Below are positions 12,910 through 24,014 of a stretch of DNA of 64,000 nucleotides, in pieces. A program made the position numbers and the translations under genes. Within the stretch, counting starts at the first letter, position 1. Each line of letters starts with the position of its first letter. Origin of the DNA: Balanoglossus misakiensis (lineage: Eukaryota; Animalia; Hemichordata); the NCBI GenBank assembly GCA_040954595.2, contig CM082584.2, positions 13,385,337 through 13,449,336 of the forward strand, read 5' to 3'. Below the pieces are notes generated by a model. That model ran no database searches. It was given only the letters and a program-made list of their open reading frames with translations, and was not told the DNA's origin.

Positions 12910-13530
12910 CGACACGCTTTTCTCTTAAACCGAAGTGACGGTGGTGATGTTGAGAAACAAACAGCCAGCGACTGACTTGGCAACCAGACACTGTGTAATG
13001 TCCAATTGCCCTTTCCAATCGAATATAGCGGTTAATTTATTAACACGGGTTAAATACTGTTTGAAACAGGTCTTAATGAGTTCGGTCAGTCATGTGGAAA
13101 GAACGCTATTCATTAAAAATTTAAAAAAAAATCTACTTTTCCTGCAGTCGTGACATCTTGAAACTTGAAGGGGGAGGACTCTCTCGTATGTTTTCCGCAG
13201 GCCAGTGGTCACAAATAGACCCCATGGATTTTGAAATTCAGAAAAAAAGGTCACGGTTAAGAGGTAGACCTGTTATTATAACGATCGAATGTCAGAAAAA
13301 CGAGTGACAACTTGAAAAGGAAAATGAAACCTGAAGGGCCAGTATCTGTAATTTGGTGTATCATTTTCCTGTATTTTTGTTTTGTGTATAATACAACCAT
13401 GGTTTCTTTTCGCTATGACTCCCTCAAACACAAAGCTATAGTTCAGTAGCTCTAGGTTATTTGTTTGTGTTTATACCATGACAGTTTGATGAGCAGAAAC
13501 GCTAAAACGGTCAGGATCCTATACATCAGT

Positions 13531-13563
13531 GGGCGGGGCCTGGGTTCAAAGGTCATCATGGCG
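13531..13563 (+). promoter_or_regulatory. Putative POT1 promoter core, possibly bidirectional: GC box, DR1 nuclear-receptor element, YY1-like ATGGCG
   Basis: GGGCGGGGCC at 13531-13540, GGTTCA-A-AGGTCA at 13543-13555, ATGGCG at 13558-13563. Followed by a likely non-coding first exon (donor GTAAGC near 13668, acceptor TTTCAG near 13974 before the ATG at 13995). Confidence 0.45.
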
Positions 13564-13994
13564 CCCTCTAGAAAGGCTGTTTCCATCACTTGCACAGACG
13601 ACGCGGCGTGGTCGAATTTGACTTGTGGTGTATTGTAACACCAAGATATAAACTGATTCTACAGAGGGTAAGCGTTGTTAGAATTACTTTGATTCACGGT
13701 CGTGTTTGTTTACGAGTCATCTTGTCTAGTAATAGTATGGAACATCACGGTCTCTCCACAGATGAGGGACAGTCGATAGCACCGATCTTGGATTGGGAGG
13801 TTGGGGGGGGGGGGGGGCTCACTTTGCGCGTGGACAGACGCGGTTTACCATGCATAATGAAGTGTCAGCACTCTGGGGTCGGTTACTTGCGTAGCTCGAT
13901 TTCTAAGGTGTCAATTCCAAACCATATCATAATATGGCCATGGGTTCTTATACCTGCTTGTCGTCTGTTTTCAGGATGATGTAATCAAGATACA

Positions 13995-16900
13995 ATGTCT
14001 GCACCTGTCCAGTTTGTGAGTTCAGACTCAGAGCTAAAACTACCAGCCTCCCTGACACAAGTTAGCTTCTCAAGCATTGCACAGAATGTTAGTGTGACAG
14101 ACAAATATATCAAGGTGAGAGATTTACAAATAACAAAGTGTTTCTTGTTTATTTCTATAGAAATACCCACATCAAGAAATTCATGTTCCTAAAAGTCTGA
14201 TTAAAGTTAAGTACATGAGAAAACAAATTCTAAAAATAATTTTAATTGTAAACTTTTCACTAACAGGGTACTGTCGTGACAAGATGGCCAATGCAGAGAC
14301 TGAATAGGAGTGGTGCACGACTGAAAATGGTCATCAAAGATGAAGCTGACAGTGGCAACCGCAGTCTAATCAATACATTTTTAATGCATGATTATGCCAC
14401 CAAATGTGAGAATCTTCACAAAGAGGTATGCCAACATCACAGTTAGTTGCCTACATTTACAGTCCTCATATATTACAACGCAGCTCCTCTATGGGCCTGT
14501 GATTACCACTATGATCCAATGAAAGCCCATGATCCATTTGATAACAAGGGACCCAGTCCATGCTCTGCAAACAAAAAAATTGATAAAAAAGCCCCAATAT
14601 GCTATATCATGTAACTGACATTTACCATCGCTGTTTTTTTTAGGACACTATAATAATTAGTAACTTTTTTGTGGAGAGGTCTCCTACTGCGTTCAGGGAC
14701 CATGGCCACCGGTTTCAAGTAATTGTTGATGCGAAAAAGTCAAAGGCAGGATTATGGGTAAGTGCAGTCAGTTTGCCTGTTTGTATGTTTCAGTCAGGAC
14801 TTAGGGGTCAGGTCAGAGGTTATAGGGGTCAGAGGTCACTGAACACCTAAACCAGACTGTGTTTTTCCTTTTTGTAAATATGTGATTTTTCGTATTCCTG
14901 AAATAAAGTTTAATAATAATAAATAACTCTCTGACCACTTACCAGTACATTGATGTGCATCTTTACAGGTCGTCAAGTCTGGTAAGACTGCGACTGCGAC
15001 TTCTACTGCGGCTTCAACAGCGACTTCAACCGCAGCGTCTATGACTGTTCCACCTCGTCAGGTTAGTTGAAAACATCACATCCATGATTTTGTGATATGC
15101 TCAAGGCAAGTCTGTGTGATCAATGATTTACATCTTTTCTTTACAATGATGGATGGTGAAGCTCAGTAAACAGCATCTGAATTCATTGCAGCAATTAAAG
15201 CGTGCAGCCCCAGTAGCAACATCAGCAGGCACAGCTGTGGCAAGGAGACGAGTATCGTCACAAGCAACAGCAACTGCGTGCCGCGCAACAACAGTCACCC
15301 CAGTGAGAACAGCAACCACATCAGCGACGACAGTATTTGCAGTACCAGCTGTGGCAAGGAGAGTATCGTCACAAGCAACAGCAACTGCGCGTCACGCAAC
15401 AACAGTCACACCAGTAAGAACAGCAACCACATCAGCGACGACAGTATTTGCAGTACCAGCTGTGGTAAGGAGAGTATCATCACAAGCAACAGCAACTGCT
15501 CGCCGCGCAACAACAGTCACACCAGTGAGAACAGCAACCACATCAGCGACGACAGTATCTGCAGTACCAGCTGTGGCAAGGAGAGTATCGTCACAAGCAA
15601 CAGCAACTGCGCGTCACGCAACAACAGTCACACCAGTAAGAACAGCAACCACATCAGCGACGACAGTATCTGCAGTACCAGCGGCGAGGACATCCACAGT
15701 AACTGCGACAGTAACAGCAACAAGCTCAACTAATGCTTATTCAAAGGTGGGTGAATCAACACTCGCGTCGTCATGCTAGTCCTATGATGAAGCCAGAATT
15801 ATAACCAAATATTGAATCATATGTTTGCCACAGAACTCAAAATGAAACAGGGGGGATGACTTCATAGTGTGCAGTCTTTGGCTGATACTATAGTTGTGGT
15901 ATTATTGTGCGAATTTTATATGTAATAAGTCAGACAACGTCTTAAAAAGCCTGGATCCATAGCTGAGCAATATTCCATTCATGTTTGCATATTTAGGTCC
16001 TAGGTAACAGGTACACACTATTGAAGACTTTGAAGGAAGGGGATAAAGTTGATATTTATGGTGTTGTCAAGTTCTTCAAGCCAGTCTACAAAACCAAAGG
16101 AACAGGTAAAGGAATTCTGCCTATTTTTTTAGGAAGGAAAATTTGCTTGCAAGCTGCAAGCAATTGTACAATGTATGGTTTGGTACAACTCCATTATTTT
16201 CAATAGCATGCTGGGCCTTTATAAGAGAAATTGGATGAGAGTGTTTAACATCATGACTCTGTTTTCACTCTCAGATTATTGCATGGCCGTCACACTTGTT
16301 GATCCCTCATTGGAGCCGAATGACTATGGATTGAAGTGTGTTATCTTTTCAAGAGATGCCACTTATCTACCAAAGGTCTATACTGTAGGAGACATTGTCA
16401 GATTTCATAGATTGAAGGTAAGTGAGGACCCAGTCTTTCTGCTACAAATTTGAAGCTTGTCCTCTTGTGCCCCCCCCCCCCCCCCAACACTGGGTTTTTG
16501 CCCCTTTGGCTTGAGATCCTCAACAAATGTAAAAGCACATTCTATAAGAACAAATATTGATCTTAATGAAAGGCAGCAAATTATATTGACTTGATTGTAA
16601 TAATGAGCATGCCAGTGCAATTAGTGAATTGCTTTGGCTGCCATTATTAGGGTCATTTACCTTGCTGGTCGAAGTGATAACGTTGATATTGCGTGTATAC
16701 ACTTGGGACAGATATTGAGAACATTTATATTCTGTGTTAATTGCTTTTCACATAGGTCACACCCATCAATCATTACTGCACAATAGGACAACATTTTCTC
16801 ATTTAGATGCAGAATGTGTGGTTTTTAAATGTCTGCTTTGTTGTTATCCAATTTCATATAAGATTATCCAGGTCAATTTGAGAATGCAGGTGTGTAATAT

Positions 16901-19900
16901 GGGGTTTACACATGTATTTGAAATGCTTCTGTAACATCTCAGGTAAAATACTGGCATAATGATGTGTGAGCAGTTTAATGGTCCTGAAATGTTTCTAGTT
17001 TTACCCAGTGTGAACCTGGTATAACATAATTGGATGATTTTATTTTAGATCCAGAAATTCAGAGGTGAACTTCAAGGTAGCAATACACCAGGTTTTGCAG
17101 CGGTGACATTCAGTGGAAAAGTTGAAAGTCCAATGGAAGCCAGGACAGGAAGTAAAAACTTTAAATTCAGTGATGAGGACAATCTAATAGTGAGTTTTTT
17201 GTTAAGTGTGTGTGCAGCAAATCAATTGATCACAGCTTTTTAACCCTTTCACCCCTGTTCCCCTCTATAGAGGCCCAACTTTACTATAGAAAACAATGGG
17301 TTTGGACCTAACCATGGTGCTAAAGGATTGAAGCATTCATCTTTGTTGATTTCAGACAAATATACATGTCTCTGGAGTGTCATAGTCTGTTGTTAAGACA
17401 GAAATTGTGAGCGAAATTGTCATTTTGAATATCAGTTAATTTGAAGCTGACTATATAGCAGCCGACCAAATGATGTACAAATTTTCAATGAAAATGCAGG
17501 GTACAGTATTATGTTGTTTTGGTGCCTGGTTGTCAGTGATGGAACAGTGGCTTCCACTTTGATGTTTATTAGGTACAAGAACTGCGACGTTGGTCGGTTG
17601 CTCGATCTCAAATTGACGTAGAGAAGCAAAACTGTTCACTGGGCAAAGTCTCTCCAGGACAGTATTTTGATGTCATCTGCCAGGTTGTAGGAGTAGCAGC
17701 TATGGAAACAGAGTCGTGTATTCTGTTCAAAATATGGGATGGAACAAGATGCACCAGGTGAGAAAATTGAAACTCATCTCAAAATTATGTCCCTGTTTAT
17801 CCCTGAAATACAGAAAAAATCTTGATGTACATGTGGATGTTTTTAGCATTAATCTTGTCTAGGTTGCAGTTGGCATACATGTACACACAGATAACGTTGA
17901 GCTGTTTCATTTAATAGTTCTCTGATCACAATTTTTTCAGCAATGTGCGCAGAATTGATACAACAGACTGCTCAGTGACCTGGGATGAAGAACTGAAATC
18001 CAGGGCTGCAGATTTTATGGTGGATGTTTGTTGCTATGACAATCACATGGAAACTGCCATTAACATTAAGGTACATTGAAGTCTTGTGTCAAACAGCAGG
18101 AAATGCATTCATCCCCATAATTGAATGTCGCTTATGATTTCTTCATTCAAAACATTTCAGTTTAGTACTTAAAATTTGCTTTTATTTATCAGCCAGGTCA
18201 GTTCATTCGACTCCACAATCTCCATGCGGCGAAGTATCGAAATTCCCCGACTCTGGAAGGGAACCAGACCATCGAATTTGCTTTACATCATGGGACTTCC
18301 TATGGTAGAGGGATCACCCTTTTACCCCAGACAAGTTTTGAAGTACAGCAGTTGAGGAAGTAAGAGAATGATCGCAAAAACAGTGGCCATCTTTTCTGTT
18401 TTTTTTTTTTTGTTCTTTAATCAAATATTCCATAACCACGACATATATATGTCATAGCCATGACATCTGGAAAATAAAACAATTCAGAATCTGTTTAAAA
18501 TTAACCTTTTCACTCCCAGTTTCCTCTATAGAGGTCCATATTTATCATAGAAACAATGGATTTGGGCCAAACCATCGTGGTGATAGGGTGAAATATGTGA
18601 AGAGTGCAGGATGTGTTTATCCTACAAACGTGCTTGTCTTTACTTCAGCTCATCACAATTCTCGTGTCCCTCTTTTCCTTTGTAGGTTCTTGGAGACGGT
18701 GACCAAAGTGAAACTAGAGAGGAAACAACAGTTGGAACAAAATAGTGACAATAGTTCATCACTGAATGAGTCCAGTTCCAAGACAGATATTGAAGTCATT
18801 GTCATAAGCAGCTCTGATGAGAGTGATGTCACTCCAAAGACTTCCCCTCAGAGAGAAAACAGGAAAGCAAAGGGCCGCCATGTCACATTCAGGGAGAAAT
18901 CTCCAAGTCTTTTTGACTCTGAAGAATCAGACGATGATAGTTCACCTTTTCAGCAGACCAGCCAAAGCAGATGCATGCAAGAATCTGCTACAGGTAAATA
19001 TGATGTTTCAAGTCTATCTGATTTTGCCTTTTGTCTGATCCAGTAAAATGATTGCATGAAGCATCAACACTTTTTTTCAAATTAAAGTACATGCTGCGCT
19101 ACATTTGTTGAATATCTGGATAAAAAAGAAAATACTTGAAGAAAACTGAAATCTCAAAATTTGAAGTGTGATACTAAGTTAGTTTCTTTCTGAAAGTTCT
19201 GTCATTTGAAAGTAGGTTGTACGTGTATATGTGATAAAGGACTGTTAATTTTTGTCTACAGTAATTACAAAACACCACCACATCAAGCCAACAAGAATAA
19301 AAACTGTGCACGAACACGATGTTCCGTACAAGTTTCGCATCAGAGCAAAGATTTTGAGTATCTTGCCAAGGGACGTGAAGAACTTTGTACATCTGTGGTG
19401 TCCCCAATGCAAACACAGGTTTGGAGCTTTTCGACAAATCCCCTGCAGTTTTAGTCTCTCTAGAGGGTGCTGTGTGTGACCTATGGCCTTATGTGGATGC
19501 AAACACACTCATTCACACTGACTCTCTCTTTCTTGTTCATCATTGCCAGCCTAAAGATTCCCCGCGTAAAGCCAGACCCACCCTTCAGACGAACCCGCCA
19601 ACAGATGAAACGTCGATGCACACAACAGATGAACAAACGAGAGCGCCCCACCAACCCCAAACGCAGAAAAGAGGATAGTGATGAAAGTACATCCACGCCA
19701 TCAACACAGAATTGGAGAAATTACAGGATAGAGGGTTGTGATATTGAGAAATTCTTCCAGCCACGTCCACTTGTTTATGTGTGTACTGTGGACAACATCC
19801 GGTATTACAAGTGCCCGCGTTGTGCAGTCTATCAAGATGTACCCTTGTCACAAGATCCAAAAGATTTGAAGGGAATTCTGTACTCAGATAAGGCTAAGAA

Positions 19901-20668
19901 GATACCAATAGGTGGTAAGATAATGTACAATTGTTAATTTCCGTTTCACTTTTCCAAAAGTAACCTGTAAAGCATATGGTGCAGTGTGCTGAAGGTTGGT
20001 GGGTATTTTACCATCCACCAGTCCATATTTCATGATGGAACATGTATGTACAGTTTTCTTGTGAATTTCTTATCCTTTTTGTCTTTGTTTCCACAGTTGA
20101 TGGCAAGAGTATTATGCAGTACAATTTCGCCTTCCAACTGACAATGTCAGATGGTTCTGATAAGATCAAAGTGCTGGTTACTAAGGAACATGCTGTGAGT
20201 ATTCCTTTCAAGATATCGATAAGAAGAAAAGTTCATGTCCATCAAAACCTCACACAGATGTTATGGACTCTGTATCATGTATGGCTTCACCCCTGTATCA
20301 AAATGGAATATTCTATGCAGTTTGTACATTATTGTAGCCATATTCGACTCACAGAGTATGTTCAATCAAATTTTACAAAAACTGTATGTCGCATTTGTGC
20401 TCTTCTTTTTTAACAGAAGGCGCTTTTCCTGAGCATTTCCCCTTGTGATGTAATCAGGAATGAAGAAACCAAGAACTTGTTGCAAGATTACATGTTCTCT
20501 CTCTGCCCGAGCAGCATCACTGCCTTCCCACCTTCTGGTGACCCTAACAGTGATGGGGATTCCAGACCATGGCTGGAATGCTGTATCATGTCATATTATA
20601 TCATTAAACAATACAAGGATGTTAAACAGTATCAAATGTTTGATACTACCCTGGCTTTAAATGTCTAG
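13995..20668 (+). CDS. POT1: Protection of telomeres 1 (shelterin ssDNA-binding subunit) with an N-terminal extra OB-like domain and repeat linker, ~1031 aa
   Basis: Exons 13995-14114, 14267-14425, 14644-14757, 14969-15061, 15192-15746, 15997-16105, 16275-16417, 17049-17189, 17573-17757, 17941-18070, 18193-18359, 18686-18993, 19262-19418, 19550-19914, 20097-20194 and 20417-20668 (3096 nt, phases consistent). OB1: [26 protein letters not shown]...GDIVRFHRLKIQ. OB2: YFDVICQV..IWDGT..YDNH..FIRLHNLH..HGTSYGRGI. C-terminal: PYKFRIRAKI..CPQC..CPRC..RPWLECCIMSY..YQMFDTTL. Confidence 0.95.
15234..15680 (+). repeat. Coding minisatellite: 4 copies of a 111-nt (37-aa) Thr/Ala/Val/Arg-rich unit inside POT1 exon 5
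   Basis: Units start at 15234 (114 nt), 15348, 15459 and 15570. Unit peptide AVARRVSSQATATARHATTVTPVRTATTSATTV(F/S)AVP; the copies are near-identical. Confidence 0.95.
17240..17332 (+). mobile_element. ~90-bp MITE-like interspersed repeat (TTAA-CCCT termini, piggyBac-like ends), copy 1, in a POT1 intron
   Basis: ttaaccctttcacc...ctatagaggcc...aacaatgggtttggacctaaccatggtgctaaaggattgaa; clearly similar to 18501-18592, with imperfect terminal inverted repeats. Confidence 0.6.
18501..18592 (+). mobile_element. ~90-bp MITE-like interspersed repeat, copy 2, in a POT1 intron
   Basis: ttaaccttttcac...ctatagaggtcc...aacaatggatttgggccaaaccatcgtggtgatagggtgaa; same family as 17240-17332. Confidence 0.6.
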
Positions 20669-21987
20669 TTTTTGGTGCTGAAACCATTTGTGTATAACGG
20701 CCTCAGGAAGGCATCAGTGGACAAAAGTTGAAAGGCTGCAGTTTATGCCTTCAAGACAACCCATGTTGTTGTGTTAAGTTTTATTTATTTATTTATTTAT
20801 TGTTTTGTTGATAAAACTATTTTACTTGTGCAGTTCTTGGTTATTGAAAAAACATGTACACAGATATACATGTATGTACATGGAAGCATAAACAGTTTCT
20901 TTGGATACCAGTCCACAGTTGATTTATATTGAAAACAGTGTTATTTTTTCAACTTTCATAGTATATGTAGTTTAAATGGTAGCTCATGCCTCATTCATTA
21001 AAGAAAGTTTCTACGTTTTGTTTATGTGACAGTTAATGTTTAGTTTTCTCTGACTTCAGTGATGGGTTTCATTGCACAAATGAGTGGAAATTGGCATTGT
21101 GACATGCATGTATTTTTAAATATTTACTTAAAGTAAGTATATACATGTGTTAGGTATCCATATTATTTTTGCAAATGGCGTAGAATCAAGGTCTCCCTGG
21201 CCTTCAACAGTGGGAACAATGTGGATGGTTTTGTTTATAGACAGAAAAGCGGCATTTGTGCAGCTCAGACAACTCCCTCGACTTCTTAAATGACTCGTGA
21301 ATCACAACATGGACTTGGATTTGTGCAGTGTTGTGGAGAAGCAATTATGCGACTATGGCGATGGTAATTTTTAACAAAGATCAATCAGTAATTCAAATCA
21401 CCTGACAAGGAATGATAACTCGTAGTGACATCACCGATTGCCATGGTTTGAATTCTGTTTGTTGCAATCAAGCCACATATCAACTCCAGTTTGTGCTTAA
21501 ACCACACCTATAAGGTAAGAGCAGATTTTGTTTATAAATACATCCAGATTATGTTGCTTGTTGTAATTCTCCACATCCAAGCTTCTACAGTACAGCATTT
21601 CTCAACTGCATTTTAATCACACTATCTGAACAGAACAGGTAAAGCTTCTCAAGACACTGTGATTATCCGAGTCGTCAATAGTGTTTTGTTACCAATACTG
21701 AAGTCCGTGTCACTCGTACCAATGTTCACCTTGGCATAGTTTTGATAACAGGCAACGGTGTTTGAACAAATAAAAACATTCCAAAGTACAGTCATGATGA
21801 CCGTGTGATGCGATTGGGTTGAAATTCCATATTATCTCCCAAAGACATACTATGTACAGCAGTGTACAGGTTATCATCAAAATAGGTATAAGCTTAGATC
21901 TCTACATTTATTAAAATAAATGAAAATACTTGATTTGGTGTTTTAGCAGAATTATTCTTAGAGAGCTGACAAATTTTGTCTTTCAGA

Positions 21988-22821
21988 ATGTCCAAGATAG
22001 GTCTTGCCGAAGCGACGACGTCAGCGAAAAATAAAGAAAAGGGTGGCCAGTTTTCCTTCGACAAAGAAATTTTTGATGAAAACATCTATTGTTTCGATGA
22101 ACATGTTGAGGTAAGCCAGCATTACTTTGAATGAAAGTAAAGAAATGGTAGAGATAAAAAATCAAAGTGATTTATGTACATGTGTGTGTGTGTGTGTGTG
22201 CATGCATATATCAATGACATTAAAGTAATTAATAACCGCTGCACTGCAATCTCTTTAAAGGTGTCTTACGAAGAAATTTTCAAGGAACCCGAATCAGTCA
22301 ATAATTGGCAGAATGTTGAACATCTCTTCCAGACCATTTTCTCTTACACCCAGGTAGGTAAATATTTAAGAATTTCACTAGTCATGTTTTGGTGTTCCTG
22401 ATTGTTAAATATGGCAGTTGAGCACTGGAATTTTGAACTGTGTGATAATTTTTACATTCTCTCTCTCTTTCTCTCTCTCTCTCTTTCTCTGCCTCCTTCT
22501 ACCTCTCTCTCTTCTCACACATGCATACACACTCACACACAGGATTTCACCTATCGTGTCTTGGCGTTCCTGGTTGGCTGGTTTCTTTGCATAATATGGG
22601 GGTTGATCATGGGAATTGTCAATTTTATTATTGTATGGTGTCTGCAGCCACCCATCAAAGTTTTCTTCATTGTATGGCGCATCGTTGTCAACGTCTGGTC
22701 AGTCGTCATCCGGGGAATTATGGATCCCTTCTGCGAATCCTTCGGGCGAGTGGCCAGTTTTTTCAGGGCTGTTGTGGAATTGCGAATGCCAAAGTCTAAC
22801 CAAAACATTGAGACTGTTTAG
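21988..22821 (+). CDS. Caveolin-family protein (divergent), ~164 aa
   Basis: Exons 21988-22110, 22261-22353 and 22543-22821 (all phase 0). 'HVEVSYEEIFKEPES' corresponds to the caveolin signature (FEDVIAEP). A long hydrophobic hairpin (YRVLAFLVGWFLCIIWGLIMGIVNFIIVWCLQPPIK) follows, then 'DPFCESFGRV'. Confidence 0.85.
22179..22200. repeat. (TG)n microsatellite in caveolin intron 1
   Basis: tgtgtgtgtg... directly visible. Confidence 0.9.
22457..22540. repeat. (TC)n / (CA)n simple repeat forming the polypyrimidine tract before caveolin exon 3
   Basis: tctctctc... followed by cacacac-ag acceptor. Confidence 0.85.
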
Positions 22822-23964
22822 ATTATAATGATAGCATAATAAGCCAAGAAACGACTCCACATCAAGATGATTGTATTAACGAGAATGGGCGCACGTTTAT
22901 TCAAGATCATAACTTAGAGATAAATTGTTAATAATAAAATAAATTAATTGTGCAAAATTATGAAAATGTACATAAGAATTCAAGGTATCATGCCAATAAT
23001 ATAATTACTCCACTTGTACAAAATATGAAATGCTGAACTTTTCAAATCTTCTACAAGTCTAAAGTTGTAATTGTATCCTCGGAGAACTACCGGTAATTTT
23101 CTTTGAATGGATTTGGACCAATGTGCTTGCATGTCATTTCTAAATCTTATTTAAAACACGAAAACTATTTAAAGACAACACTTAGAAGTGCAGAAATTGA
23201 TATTTTTTGAGCTTAGACGGCAAAAATGAAGTATGCTTGTACATAATATTGATTCTACTGTATTCATCTATGATTGAGATTTATTTACACTCCTCTAAAG
23301 GGAATTAGTACAGGAATTGATTTTGACTGGTTTAGCGGCTTTGGCGTTCATCTGCGTCTGTGTGTATCTGAGTACATACAGAATCGCCTGGCTGCTTGTA
23401 TGTAAGCGACACAGATATGCAAATAGTAAGTTCGACATGACACATTAGTTTAGAAAATACATTCATTAAGGAAAGAAGGGAATTCTGCAACGAACCCTTG
23501 CAAAAAATGTAAATGGCCCGAGATATCAAGATCAAAGACGTCGATCGTCTTGATCTCTAAATACACGTTATTATGTAAGTTGTGAGTTGTTTATCCTCCA
23601 AAAGAAAAAATACAAAGGTTGAACAAATTTACAAAAGTGCAAAAAATGTTTTCAAGTAAAGTTTAAGAAGTAACACGAGTCTGTCGATGAAGCTACCATT
23701 TTTTGAGTGTAAAGTTTCTAGAGTGTATAAGGAAACACCCACAACCGTAAGGGATGTCAGGTTATATATTACTCACCGTGTTTATTTTTGATGTATATTT
23801 TGGTGTAAGAATAGTTTATTGCAATCTGACAACGCTATTCAGGTACTTGACTATTCGGTAGGCCTGCACGCGCGCACGTACGTACGCACGCACACATGGA
23901 GTGATTGACTAAATTTTAGGAAAATATGGAATATTTAAATTAGTTATAATCGATCAATCGATCA

Positions 23965-24014
23965 ATTCATTCGTTCGTTCGTTCGTTCGTTCGTTCATTC
24001 ATTCATTCATTCAT
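23965..24014. repeat. Compound tetranucleotide microsatellite (TTCG)n/(TTCA)n
   Basis: ttcattcgttcgttcg...ttcattcattcattca visible in the sequence. Confidence 0.9.

Noticed and set aside
15278-15733. 151-aa Cys/Asn/Ser-rich alternative-frame ORF
   Set aside because: By-product of the 111-nt repeat (unit length is a multiple of 3). Splice phases select the Thr/Ala frame.
17240-17247. TTAACCCT as a telomeric-repeat-like site inside POT1 (autoregulation idea)
   Set aside because: Single copy and not a (CCCTAA)n array; better explained as a MITE terminus.
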